From assembly GCF_009914755.1 (NCBI RefSeq), contig NC_060939.1: a stretch of 64,000 nt of DNA. One strand, written 5' to 3'. A program made the position numbers and the translations under genes. Position 1 is the first letter of the stretch. Each line of letters opens with the position of its first letter. Below, piece after piece: positions 1 through 13,085 of this stretch. A model generated the notes under the pieces. The model did not search any database. It saw nothing but the letters and a program-made list of their open reading frames with translations, and was not told the DNA's origin. This stretch comes from the human T2T-CHM13v2.0 reference genome, Homo sapiens.

Positions 1-277
1 TAGACAAAAATCTTAAAAGTCGGACCTCATGAGGAATTGAGTTTGACTCCATAATTGTGTCTCAAGAGAAACTGAGTTATGAGGAATTAAAACTCTCTTG
101 GATAAACCGTTCACATATTTGAAAAACATTTAGCTACAGGCTAACACAGGGAAAGAGACAGAATCTTCTAGTCCCTACAGTTAGTCTAAGTAGCAAATTA
201 AAAAATAAACGCTATTTTTGTGCTTGAACTCTTCCCAAAAGAGCACTGAGTTGAAGGGACAAAGAAAGGAGGCTACT

Positions 278-2510
278 TTCAATAAAATTCAACATTCCTT
301 CAGGTTAAAAACTCTCAATAAAGTAGAGGCATTGATGGAACATACCTCAAAATAATTAAGAGTCATTTATGGCAAACTCACAGCCAATATCATACTGAAC
401 AGGCAAAAGATGGAAGCATTCCCCTTGAAAACTAGCACAAGACAAGGATGCCCTCTTTCACCACTCCTATTCAACATAGTATTGGAAGTTCTGGCCAGTT
501 CTTTCTCAGGCAAGAGAAAGAAATAAAGGGCATTCAAATAGGAAGAGAGAAAGTAAAACTGTCTCTTTTTGCAGATGACATGGTCCTATATCTAGAAAAC
601 CCCATTGTCTCAGCACAAAAGCTTCTTAAGCTGATAAGCAACTTCAACTAAGTCTCAGGATACAGAATCAATGTGCAAAAATCACAACCATTCCTATACA
701 CCAACAATAGACAAGCAGAGAGCTAAATCATGAATAAACTCCCATTCATAATTGATACAAACAGAATAAAGTACCTAAGAAATACAGCTAATAAAGGAAG
801 TGAAGGACCTCTTCAAGGAGAACTAAAAACCACTAATCAGGGAAATCAGAGAGGATACAAACAAATGGAAAAACATTCCATGCTCATGGATAGGAAGAAT
901 CAATACCATGAAAATGGCTATAATGCCCAAAGTAATTTAAAAATTCAATGCTATTGTCATTAAACTACCACTGACATTCTTCACAGAATTAGAAAAAATA
1001 ACTTTAAATTTCATATGGAACCTAAAGAGCCCATATAGCCAAGACAATCCTAAGCAAAAAGAACAAAGCTGGAGGCATCATGCTACCTGACTTCAAACTA
1101 TACTACAAGGCTACAGTAACCAAAACAACATGGTACTGGTACAAAAACAGACACACAGACCAATGGAACAGAATAGAGAAATCAGAGATAAGACCACACA
1201 TCTACAACCATCTGATCTTCGACAAACCTGACAAAAACAAACAATGGGGAAAGGATTCCCCATATAATAAATGGTGCTGGGAAAACTAGCTAGCAATATG
1301 CAGAAAATTAAAACTGGACCCCTTCTTTACATCTTATACAAAAATTACCTCAAGATGAATTAAAGACTTAAGTGCAAAACCCAAAACTATGAAAACTCTA
1401 CAAGAAAATCTAGGCAATACCATTCAGGACATGGGCATAGGCAAGATTGCATGATGAAAATGTCAAAAGCAATCGCAACAAAAGCAAAAATTGACAATTT
1501 GGATCTAATTAAACAAAAGAGCTTCTGCACAGCAAAAGGAACTATCAGAGTGAACAGCCTACAGAATGGGAGAAATTTTTTGCAATCTATGCATCTGACA
1601 AAGGTCTAATATCCAGAATCTACAAGGAATTTAAACAAATTTAGAAGAAAAAAATAACCCCATTAAAAAGTGGGCAAAAGGACATGAACAGACACTTCTC
1701 AAAAGAAGACAGTCACGCAGCCAAAAAACATGAAAAAAAGCTCATCATCAATGATCATTAGAGAAATGCAATCTAAACCACAATGAGAAACCATCTCACC
1801 CCACTCAGAAGGGCAATTATTAAAAAGTCAAGAAACAACAGATGCTGGCAAAGGTGTGGAAAAATAGGAACACTGTTCCTATTTCCCACTTTGTTTACAT
1901 TCCCACTGTTGGTGGGAATGTAAATTAGTTCAACCATTGTGGAAGACAGTGTGGCAATTCCTCAAAGACCGAGAACCAGAAATACCATTTTACCCAGCAA
2001 TCCCATTACTGAGTATATACCCAAAGGAATATAAATCATTCTGTTATAAAGATACATGCATGTGTATGTTCAGTGCAGCACTATTCACAATAGCAAAGAC
2101 GTGGAATCAACCCAAATCCCCATCAATGATAGACTGGATAAAGAGAATGTGGTATATATACATCAAGGAATACTATGCAGCCATAAAAAGGAATGGGATC
2201 ATGACCTTTGCAGGGACAATAGATGGAGCTGGAAGCCATTAACACAGGAACTAACACAGGAACAGAAAACCGAACATCACATATTTTCATGTATTGGGGG
2301 AGCTGAACACACATGGACACAGGAAGGGGAACAACAGACATTGGCACCTTTCTGGGGAGGGGTGGGGGAAGGCAGAATATCAAGATAAATAGCTAATGCA
2401 TGCTGGGCTTAATACCTAGGTGATGGGTTGACAGGTGCAGCAAACCACCATGGCACACGTTTACCTGTGTAACAAACCTGCACAGGTAATCCAGAACTAA
2501 AATAAAATAA
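278..2510 (+). mobile_element. 5'-truncated LINE-1 (L1PA8-13-like), 3' half of ORF2 + 3'UTR, degenerate
   Basis: ORF2-like peptides ([45 protein letters not shown]) broken by frameshifts; 3'UTR gctaatgcatgctgggcttaatacctaggtgatggg and A-rich tail at ~2500. Confidence 0.95.
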
Positions 2511-2999
2511 AGGGCCCTAGACCTTGTAATCTCAGTTTGCATTTTCACGTGGATGGTGAAAGGTGACACCCCTAGTCTGATCTGGGGTGTCTGACAAACA
2601 CAAGAGCTAAGCCTTCTGTGGGCACCTTCAGCTAGGGCTAACAGCACCCCAGAAGTCATTCACAGCTACTAAGACCCTACTATGAATCCCACTGAACTTC
2701 TAAATCAGGGTTACCGTAAGACCAGTTATAAAAGCCACCTTCATAATTTTTGCCATTTCCAAGTATCATTTGCTCTGTCATTTACTTAATTTCTGTTAAA
2801 TTAACTCACCTGTTAGAAATATGTAAATAGCTACCTGTTAGCCTTAAGGAAAATCTAAAATCTAAAATAACAGGTTTCATGGGCTGGTAATATTTTCTTC
2901 TAATATTCTTCAAACCAAGGAATTAAAATTAAAAAAGTTTACTTGCTTACTGTATAGAATCATCTTGAATGCTACCAGTGCTACACGGGATGCTATATG

Positions 3000-3160
3000 G
3001 TGATTCTCAAACTTGAATGTACACACTAAGCAACTGGAGATCTCGTGAATATACAGATTCTGAATCAACAGGTCTAGGATGGGACCAGAGAGTCTGCATT
3101 TCTACATGCTCTCAGCTGAGGCTCATGCTTCTGATCCACAGACCACACTCTGAGTAGCAA
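3000..3160. mobile_element. MER5-type hAT-Charlie DNA transposon fossil
   Basis: gtgattctcaaactt...cagattctgaatcaacaggtctagg...tctgcatttcta...gaccacactctgagtagca resembles MER5A/B. Confidence 0.7.
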
Positions 3161-3409
3161 GATCAGGAGTGTAAAGGGGAGTCCACGTGTATTATGATGC
3201 CCTATGGTTGCTTCACAGTTGTCTGCCTTCATTTTTATTTATTTTTTGTCTCTCTAATAACTCTACTAATTTTCCTGAAAGGAGTATATAGTGTAGGAGA
3301 ATCTGATCTGTATTTTTAATACTTCAAAATTGTTAAAAAAAAAAAAAAAAAAAAAAAGAATGAAAACACTATTAGAATTTCTGTAGAGCCTTATAATTTT
3401 CACATCCTT

Positions 3410-3570
3410 ATCTCATTTTACACTCAAAACTCTCTGAAAAAAATAGAGCAACTATCATTATCAGCATCTTATAAACAGAGAAAATATGGCACAGAGAGGT
3501 TAAGTCCAAAGTGGCACCACTGGTTGAGGCTCCTGGACTTGGATCTGGGTCTTCAGACTTCAAGTTCTTT
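3410..3570 (-). mobile_element. MIR SINE fragment
   Basis: MIR core in reverse: ttataaacagagaaaatatggcacagagaggttaagt. Confidence 0.65.
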
Positions 3571-6474
3571 ACCCATAAAAACATATTAATGACTCTTGTG
3601 AGGAAGGTGTTGGATTTAGGTGGATAATCACAAATCACAGAATTAGAGTATAATGTCAAGAACAATCACAAATGGGGTAAAAATAAACAAAGAAAAAACC
3701 TCAATGACAACTCTTTTGTAATATGAACACAGAACACATGGAAACTTGTTATAAAGGGAACACTACAGAGAAACATTCCCTGGAATAGGTGAGCCCAGGA
3801 CTAAGCGCCTCTCTCCCTTTCATCTAGGCAGAGCCAACTCGAAGTGGAGACAGTGTTAATTCTCCCTCTCATCTATACCTCAGATGATACATAATGAGTA
3901 CTCTTCTCTGCCTAGAAAAAATTAAAGCCAATTTTCCATCTTTTATGCTAACAATGGTCTCTCAGTATGGCAGGATGACTTAGAAGGTTGTTTCCTTCAT
4001 TTCTCTAGCTTTGTGCTGTAAGCTCAACAGCCTGATATAAAAACAGTCTCCACCCAAATTCAGATACTCCATTGTAGGGTATGAATGGTTTTGGATCTTC
4101 TTAGCAAATATGAGGGATTACAGAGAGCGCTCAGACTTAGCATAAAAAAGGACTGCATTTGATGGGGACACCAGAAAATGTTCTGGATACCACATTGTAG
4201 GTCAATAGGTGAGAACACAACTATGATGGAGAAAACTAAAGAAAAGATGAGAGATCAAAACAAATACTAAGTCACACGTGTAGGACTTTTGATCTCTGTC
4301 TCTTTTCCCTTTCACTCAGAAGGTAAAACGCAGACTAACAGATATTGCTCTTAAAGGGGGGTTATTTTAAGACCCAGTCAGAGGTAACTTTTCTGATGAG
4401 TTTTGATACCTGGGTGCTTTTAATGACCAAATAGTAGTTTACAACTTATGGAAAATATAAAAATCTTACAATTAAATACTTCATTAGGCTATGAATTTGG
4501 CTGAGCTGTGAATTAAATTTTACTGAGTATGTGTGCATTGAGCCATTTCTATAATTATATTAAGAAAAGCCCTTGCTGCTAGAGATCAACAGTACAATAA
4601 GCCTCTACTATATTTGCGAACTACTGAGCCACTGTTCTATGTTTTTTGATGGGGCCTTATCAAACTACACAGAAGAGAGAGAAATATTTAATTAGAAAAA
4701 TTTAATTATTTGGATAATTCATTCAAGGCAAACATTACTTCTTAAATCAGATCTTACAGTTGCCTGAAAGAAACTGATGGAATTTTTAGTCTCATAAAAA
4801 TATCTCGCATTGGCACATCCTATATATTAATATAAACTAGAGTGAGTATGACTAAGCAATCTATAAACAGTGATAAAATCAGAAGAATCTGAAATGTGCC
4901 AGAAATTGAGAAATTTGTCAAATATGGAAGTCAAATAGCTTCCAATTATAACACTAAGAACACTACAAGAACTGTAGCAAATTTTATATACCTAGTAACA
5001 ATAAAAACGATTTTATTCAATAGCATAAAAATCTGTAACACAATTCAGTGAATGAAGGTCATCTTCCAATCCCTAATTTGTAGACAGAATTACCTTTCAA
5101 GGAGCTGGCAATTCTTTGATGACCACAGTATTAAAAAATGAGATGATTACATTGAACTATTCCATTATGTATGTACTGTAGCAGATTCCCATCATGTTGA
5201 CGTTGAACAGACCTCACCCAACATTTTATAACTATGATGATAAACTCTATAAATGCCTATACAAACGCTGAAACTGTATGTTAGTATGAAGTGTACTGAT
5301 GCTTTTCTTCCCAGAAGTCTGCTGGTAGTTTCTAAGAAGTTAGATTATGTTCCTGAGTCTGTCATGAAGATAGCTTAGCTCTACGACTATTCCACTACAT
5401 GATCGTAACAAAAGTTAGTTTACTTCTCTGGACCTTCTCTGTAAAATCAGGAGATCAGCCTTAGGGATCCCTGAGGCCCTTTTCAGCTTCAACCTCTTAA
5501 AAAGGTTCCTTGTGAAGCTGACTTCATGACCTCCTGTCACAATCAATTCAGGTCCCACTAACAAGCAAGCCCTGGTTGTTGTTAGGTGGGCAGAGCAAAT
5601 CACCCCTCACTCTTATTCTGATGGAACAAGAATACTTCAGATTTCACCCTATGCATTTGTTAATGACAGTAAACCAGATCAAGCTGATTCAAGGCAAAAT
5701 CTTAGGATCTGAATCACTATCATTGTGTATTTGTATCCTATTCTTTAACAGGTTAAACTGGAAGAGGGTGAAATGGAAAGTTATATATGACCTGGGTAGT
5801 TTTTAACCTTTTCTATATGCTAACATATCGTAAGTCCATTTTAATATCAGAATTCAGCTTAAAACATGGACATTTTTTTCTGCTTACATAAAATCAGTAA
5901 AATCAACACTTGCTACAGAGAAAAATCTAAGGCAATACAAATTAACTTCCATTTCTCCCTAAGTAAATGAAAACCAAGCGTTGATCCTTCCTTCATCACA
6001 AAGAGGTTGTAGACGTGAGAGAAGAGGATTTGAATACAGGTTAAAAATACTCAAAATGGAGAAAACAATACTTTTCTTTAGGGCTGCTATAACATTAGCG
6101 ATAATGTAACAGGTAAAAAAGTGTTCCATAGGTCATAGTAATGATTATTATTTATCATCATAATTAGGCACTGCCATCGTAAAAGGGTCAAAGCTTAGGA
6201 TTTATGGTCAGAGACAATGGCTCCACTGGGTACCATGGCAGGAAATAATGGATAGTGTTGTAAAGGAAACAACATCAAGACTCTTGTGAATCAAACTAGT
6301 ATTGCATAATTGTGCAATAACATCCAGCTGTGGGCCTTGAGCGAAACAGAATGAAGAGTGGTGGGAGAAATTTCCAATTCAGAGAGAGAAGCAGCCACCC
6401 ACTTTTTCATTGCTCAAAAGTGGTCATGAGATAACCCTTTTGTCTCCTTCCCAAGTATTCTAGTTGAAGGCTAC

Positions 6475-6616
6475 CCTTTACGGGGAGAAATTAAGCAGGT
6501 ATTTGCTCTCTCTAACTGATTATCCATCTGTAGTCAAAGTGAAATCTATCCTTTAAGGGGAGAAATAAAACAAGTACTTGCTGTCTCTAACTGATTATCC
6601 ATTTGTAGTCAAAGTG
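6475..6616. repeat. Diverged direct duplication, two 67-bp copies (6475-6541, 6550-6616)
   Basis: Direct comparison gives 7 mismatches in 67 nt; shared core tctctaactgattatccat(c/t)tgtagtcaaagtg. Confidence 0.9.
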
Positions 6617-6637
6617 CTCTTTCTAAAATGCAATTTT

Positions 6638-6995
6638 TCAAATAGATTCAACGGGTTTATGTGCAGATTTGTTACATGGATATATTGCATAACTATGAGC
6701 CTTGGGCTTCTAGTGCGCCCATCACCAGAATAGTCAACGTGGTACCCAACAGGTAGTTTTCAATCCTCAGCCCCCTCTCACTCTCCCTCCTTTTGAAGGC
6801 TCCCAATGTGTATTAGGTCTCTCCGTATGTCCATGTTTACCTACCGCTTAGCTCTCACTTATAAGTGAAAGCATGTGGTATTAGTTTCTGTTTCTGGGTT
6901 ATTTCACTTATTTCAGTATAATGGCCTCCAACCCCATCCATGTTGCTGCAAAAGAAATGATTTCATAATTTTTATGGCTGTGTAGTATCCCATGA

Positions 6996-7033
<38 letters not shown>

Positions 7034-7290
7034 CATATATATATATATATTTTATCCAGTCATCCATTGAACAGCACTTAGGTTCATTTTATTTACAATA
7101 GCCCCTCCAAAATACCTAACAATATTTAATTAAGGAGGTGAAAGATCTCTACAAGCAGAAGTACAAAATACTAATGAAAAAAATCACCGATGACACAAAT
7201 GGAAAAACACCCCATGTTCATGGATTAGAAGACTCAATATTGTTAAAATGACCATACTTTCCAAAGCAATATACAGATTTGATGCAATTC
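6638..7290 (-). mobile_element. 5'-inverted truncated L1 (L1PA15-16/L1PB-like) inserted into an L2
   Basis: Minus-strand L1 3' end 6638-~7090, then plus-strand ORF2 piece ~7090-7290; TSD ctaaaatg(c/t)aatttt at 6623-6637 and 7291-7305; contains (GT)n(AT)n at ~6998-7030. Confidence 0.85.
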
Positions 7291-7305
7291 CTAAAATGTA
7301 ATTTT

Positions 7306-7775
7306 GATCAAGGCACTCACCTATTTAATTTGGTGACTCACTATTGCCTACAGAATAAAACTTGCAGCATGGCTGACCCAGACTTGGGGCTCTACTGTCT
7401 TTCATATCTGCTTATACTTTTAGATCCACTAACTCATGGTACTCTCCTCCCTCATACTTTGTGCCAGCTATTCCCACTGCCTGTAATGTCCCTGACTCCA
7501 TGTTCACTTAACTTGTCCTTCAGGTTATCACTTAGACATCCCACCACCCTCTCCAGGAAGCCTTAATACTAGGAGATGTCTCTCCTATGGTGTCCCACCA
7601 AATTTCATGCTTCCATATCTAAATAGATCACACTATATTGCAGTTGCTTCGCTACTTGTTTTTCTTACTGTCCTATAAACATCTTAGTTATTTGCCTTTG
7701 TAACCCCAATGCCTAATACAGGAGCTGAAACATAGCAGATGCTAAAAAAAATCTGTTGAATAAATGAATGTATGA
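7306..7775 (+). mobile_element. L2 LINE 3' end
   Basis: L2-like attgcctacagaataaaac and terminal tgttgaataaatgaatg; continues the sequence left of the L1 at ~6617. Confidence 0.75.
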
Positions 7776-8200
7776 AGAAATGGGTGAAGGAATAAGAGAT
7801 CAAAGTTGATGCCACAGAAAGGAGGTAAAAGAAAATCCCTTCCAATTACATGATACCTTTCCCTAGCCTTCCCAAATGGGAATGAGTGAAAGACATAATG
7901 GCTTATTTCTTCCCATTCTTTTTGGTTGTTTAGTGTTAGAGATGTTATGCTGGATGAACCATGGAGTATAATTCAATGTTGTAAAGCAGTCTTACATCTA
8001 AAAATTTAACAACAAAAAACCCTATTTCAGGTTCTTTTTTTATGGGTGACCAAACAGAACTGTGTTACTATCTCTGACACTCACTATGAAAGCCCCCTTT
8101 ACCCATATGATTAGGATCTAGGCAGGGAGATCCCCACCTCAAGTGTTCCAGAACATTTAAGCTTCATAAATGCTATCTTGAGAAAAGTAGGCTCTAGATA

Positions 8201-9623
8201 CAGTCGATTTTCATTATTTGTGGATTCCATATTTAAGAACTTGCCTACTACCTAAAATTTATTTGTAACCCAAAAATAAGTACAGAGTGTTCTCAGAGTC
8301 ATTTACGGGCATGTATATCCAAAGCAGGGATTTTTTTTTTTTATTTCAATAGTTTTGGGAGTACAGGTGGTGTTTGGTTACATGGATAAGTTCTTTAGCA
8401 GTGGTTTCCAAGATTTTGGTGCATCTGTCACCTGGGTAGTGTACACTGTACCCAATATGTAGTCTTTTATCACTCACCCCACTCCCATCCTTCCCCAAAG
8501 TCCATTATAACGGTCTTACGCCTTTGCATCCTCATAGCTTAGCACTTACTTAGAAGTGAGAATATAAGATATTTGGTTTTCCATTCCTGAGTTACTTCAC
8601 TTAGAATAATGGCCTCCAGCTCCATTCAAGATGTTGCAAAGACCATTATTTCATTCTGTTTTATGTCAGAGTAGTATTCCATGGTGCATATTTACCACAC
8701 CTTCTTTATCCACTCGTTGGCTGACGTGCAGTTAGGTTGGTACCATATTTTTGCAGTTTCAAATTGTACTGCTATAGACATGCATGTGCATGTGTCTTTT
8801 TCATATAATGAATTATTTTCCCTGGGTAGGTACACCCATTAGTGGGATTGCTGGACCAAATGGTAGTGCCACTTTTAGTTCTTTAAGGAATCTCCATACT
8901 GTTTTCTGTAGTGATTGTACTAGTTTACATTCCCAACCAGCAGTGTGTAAAAGTGTTCCCTCTCACCACATCCACGCCAACATCTATTTTTTTTATTTTT
9001 AAATTATGGACTTTTTTTTTTTTTTTGCAGTAGTGAGGTGGTTCAGCTGTGGTTTTAATTTGCATTTCCCCAAAGCAGGGAAAATTTTGAGTCACCTGAT
9101 GCACAAATTCTCAGCTGGGGTTGAGCAAGGTGACACTCTGCCTTCTTGCTTCAGCTCTCATATTGTTAAAAAAAAAAAAAAAAGTGTCCTTTTTTGTGGT
9201 CTGTTTAGTACCACATTTTTCATATTTTTGTGCCTTTTGTTCACAATTTTGCTGTTTAAAATGGCCCCTAAGCATAGTGTTGAGTGCTGTCTAGTGTTCC
9301 TAAGTGCAAGAATGCTGTAATGTGCCTTACAGAGAAAATACATGTGTCACACAAGCTTCATTCAGGCATCAGTTATAGTACTTCTGTCTGGTTGGCCATG
9401 AGTTCAGTGTTCATAAATCAACAATATATATTAAACAAAGAATCTTTCAACAGAAACACATAAATCAAGGCCATTCTCTGATCAGCAGACAAGAATGTTG
9501 TGATCAGAAGCTCACAGGAACCTAATCTTTTATTTCCCCTAGGAGCAATAGTTCCGTATTTGCTAATTCAGTGTTCGTGACAACTTTATAAAACATAACT
9601 ACTATGAATGATGAGAATAAACC
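8201..9623. mobile_element. MER82 (TcMar-Tigger) DNA transposon fossil, split by an L1
   Basis: TA-preceded terminus cagtcgattttcattatt; internal MER82-like gctgtttaaaatggcccctaagcatagtg...gtctagtgttcctaagtgcaagaa; halves 8201-8330 and 9070-9623. Confidence 0.8.
8331..9069 (-). mobile_element. 5'-truncated L1 (L1PB1/2-like) inside MER82
   Basis: poly(T) then L1PB 3'UTR (ggttacatggataagttcttta); TSD ccaaagcaggga at 8319-8330 and 9070-9081. Confidence 0.9.
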
Positions 9624-9625
9624 AT

Positions 9626-9705
9626 ATATTAGTATAAAAATCTGCACTGGGGTAAAGACTTCATCATATTAGTATAAAAATCTGCACTGGGGTAAAGACT
9701 TCATC
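9626..9705. repeat. Perfect 40-bp tandem duplication
   Basis: atattagtataaaaatctgcactggggtaaagacttcatc occurs twice with no mismatch (9626-9665, 9666-9705). Confidence 0.97.
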
Positions 9706-9769
9706 AGGGCCACCTTCCTGCCTTGCTGAACCAATCTCCATAAGAAGAGAATTTATCATGGCTTAGGCA

Positions 9770-9900
9770 GAACAACACTTAAGTTTGAATCTCACGTCTC
9801 CCACTTACTAGCCATGTGACCTTCTACAAGACACTAAACCCTTGCAGTCTTATTTTCTTAGATGTAAAATGGGTAAAATACCATTTAAAATCCAGACTAT
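9770..9900 (+). mobile_element. MIR SINE fragment
   Basis: tttgaatctc...ccacttactagccatgtgacctt...tgtaaaatggg. Confidence 0.7.
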
Positions 9901-11557
9901 CTCATCAGATCACACACAGAATCACATAGATATTGTACATAAAAGAATATTTTATACTTTTAAATTCTATGCAAATATAAAGTACATTATTTCTTTATAA
10001 TTCCCAACATAAAATTAGGTTGTTTTGTAGGAAAATGCATTTAGCACAATAAAGATCTCATGGTTAAAGACTAACGGACTTTCTATATTCCAGACTTCAC
10101 TGTGAAAAAAAAAAAAGCCAAGTATGCAGAGACAAAATGAAGCTGATGTTAAATTATGGAGTTACAAAAGACAAATACAAATGGATTAATTTACTGAACA
10201 AATTTGAGAACAAGTGAATAATTATGATTACGATACCCCTTTCTGTGATCTTCCCCTATGACTCCCCTGATTTAGTCCAGCTACATTCACTAAGCACTAG
10301 ACTAGCTAAAGACATTGTTGGCTGAATTCTAAGTGGCCTCTAGGCAAGCCCAAATGTATCTAAAACTGGAAAAGAGAGGACAGCTGCCAAGTTAACCTCT
10401 ACCTCCATCCTTCCCTCATCTGTTTGAGACACCATGCAGAGAGCTCTTATGACCCAAACTTCAGCCTCCTGAGAATTCTGCCAACAGGCCTGATGGCAGG
10501 GAGGGTACCTCATCCTAGTATGACTCTAAATGCACTTTCAGAAAAACTTTTTGGGGAAAAACAGTTACTTAGAGTTTAAAAGAATTCATCATTTTTTTTC
10601 CTTCATTGACTGAACAACAGTTAATGAGTAAAGTGGGGAAAGACTACTGTGAGAGCCCTATGAGAGCCTTTTCTATGCCCTGTATTTATAACTCGTAGAT
10701 AAGCATCCACAGGATCTCCAAAACGCATCAGATGAAAACAGTGAGGCTTATGGGCCAACCACCTCTATTGCCAGATCAAGTTACATTAAAGCTTCAAACA
10801 TTATCAGGGATGTCAATCAATATTTAGCTTTATCTAATCAGGATCTTCCCTCCTGAGGAAGTAAAAGAAAACCAAGATACCGTTAGGCCAAATAGAGATC
10901 TATGTGCATTGCCTTCTGTTTCACAATCTTCCTCAGAGCTTTGTAAATAGTTTGAAAAGATATTTAAACACCTGAAACATATTTGTTGTTTTAATAATGA
11001 AATCACAGGTGGAGTGGGGACCAAAAAAACCAACAACTAGGGACTTTGATCTTGTAAATTTACCTTTCTGTACTGATACAGGACAGGCCCACCTAAAAAG
11101 ACTGACATGTGTCCCACTGTTGACAAAGGTTTTAATTCTCAGGCCCTCTAATAGGTATGCTCATAACGAATAGTGACTTTCTACCTCACTTAGGCCATCC
11201 CCACATCTTGCAAGTGATGCTGGAAAACAGCTGTTCTGTAATATCCTTAGAGTCAGAACTGAACTAAGATTCTGACTTTCCCCAAGGGCAATCTTCTCCA
11301 CCCTTCTCAGTCAGTTGAACAAGGGAAAAACCTCTAGATGGAAGGGAAGAGCCCCTACAATCAGAAACCCATTTTCTAAAAACTAACATTCCACATGTCA
11401 TCATCATTTGTAGGGGCAATTTAAAAAATAATCCTTGGAAGTCTTGTCTCTAAATCATCTCCATTCTCACTGTAAATTATTCTTACCCTTGTCATACCAC
11501 ACCTACATGAGGCATCACAACAGCCACCTAACTTGGTTCTGCTGCATCCTCTCCTTG

Positions 11558-11692
11558 CTACTCAATGCAGAGGACCAGAAGCTGGTTAGACATGCAGAGT
11601 CTCAGGCCCCACCCCAGACTTATTCAGTCAAAAACTGCACTTGAAAAAGACCCTCAGTGATTCATGAGCACATTAAATTGGAGAAGAACTAT
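11558..11692. mobile_element. MER5A-type DNA transposon fossil
   Basis: gttagacatgcagagtctcaggccccaccccagac...gtgattcatgagcacattaaattggagaag. Confidence 0.7.
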
Positions 11693-12955
11693 TCCCAGCC
11701 ATCCACACTATCAGCCAAACCACTCCCTTTTTTAGTAAATCAGTACTGCTCAGCCTGGCTAAGAAGGCCCAAAAGAGACACTTCGAAGTCCTGAGCATTA
11801 CTTTCCAATCCTGCTACTATGCACTCTCCATGGAAAGCAGACTGCCTTCTGGAGAACACAGGTAGAACACCTGGCACAGTGCTAAGTGGCATCTAGTATC
11901 CACTCAATAAATGTGCATTTCCTTTCCTTATGTCTATTCACCACTCCCTATCTCTTTCAGTCCATCCCTTTCCTATAAGGATATCTCTTCCTCCTAGGAT
12001 CTATTTTGAATTCTCTAATGAAGTGGTTACAAGCCTAGGTTCTAACGTCAAAGTTTTAGCTCTAAAACTTATTTACTCTGTGAATTAGGAAAACTAATTT
12101 TACTTCGCCAGACCTCTTTCCACTTTTGTAAACTGAAGATGTTTATAACAGTGCCTTTCTCTTGGGGTTGCTGTGAAAGCACTCAATTGGTATTAGCTAT
12201 CACTAGTATTCAAGCACAGATAAAAATCTCTTCACTGACTGCTTTAGTTGCTTTAGTCTTCCATACTTTCCCTCTCATTTAAAGGGCTACAGCACTGACA
12301 GGTAAAGTACACAACTTAGCACCCAATTATAACACTCCTATAGGGGCCTTTAAGTTTTTTGTATTGTTGATTCTGTCATGTAACCTGAATCTTAATAATA
12401 AAAAGGGGTTAGGATTAGTGTTGTTTGTATAGATTATGAAAGTAATTCATGGCCGTTCGAGAAATATAGAAAGTAGAGAAAAATATTAAAAAGAAACTGA
12501 AAATCAGCCATAATCTCACCACTCAGAGACAACTGTTAACACTTAGAATATTTCCTTCCAAAGAGTAGATCTTATGTGTTTCAGGAGGGCAAGGAGCAAG
12601 TCTTAACCTCGTTGGAATTTTCCATGACTTCCCTCCACCCAATAATGCCCCTTCATACCTACCCCGGCACCTAATCTAGCACAATGCTGACCACTTACCA
12701 GCTGACAAATACATACCTCTTCCTTAGATGAATGATGTATTAAGTGGCATGCCCCTGTACTTATATATTTCTATCTATAGAAAAAGGGATGTTGTCAGAG
12801 TCAGTGACATAATTTGGTTGGTTCTTCACTCAGTTCTAACTGCTGTAAGTGTGCTCATATCTGTATTCTGTGTGACTGCTGTTTGTGTTTGGTGGCCAAA
12901 GCGCATTTCTGGTGGTTTCACGTTTTCCTTTTCAACGTACTCAGATTTCACATAC

Positions 12956-13085
12956 CTACAGGAATGGTCATCCCATGAATTTTATCAGCCCAGCCTGCGT
13001 AATATCGAAAGGTTTTGATGACGCCCTGCAAATCCACATAAAAAGCTTGCAGGAATGGTTTGCCACCATTTAGGGATTCCATGGT
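12956..13085 (-). CDS. ALDH1A2: ALDH1A2 coding exon 4 (130 nt)
   Basis: Minus strand cag|ACCATG...CCTGTAG|gtatgt; translates [43 protein letters not shown](D), matching RALDH2. Confidence 0.98.

Noticed and set aside
12728-13073. Plus-strand ORFs overlapping exon 4
   Set aside because: Antisense shadow of the real minus-strand exon; no recognisable protein
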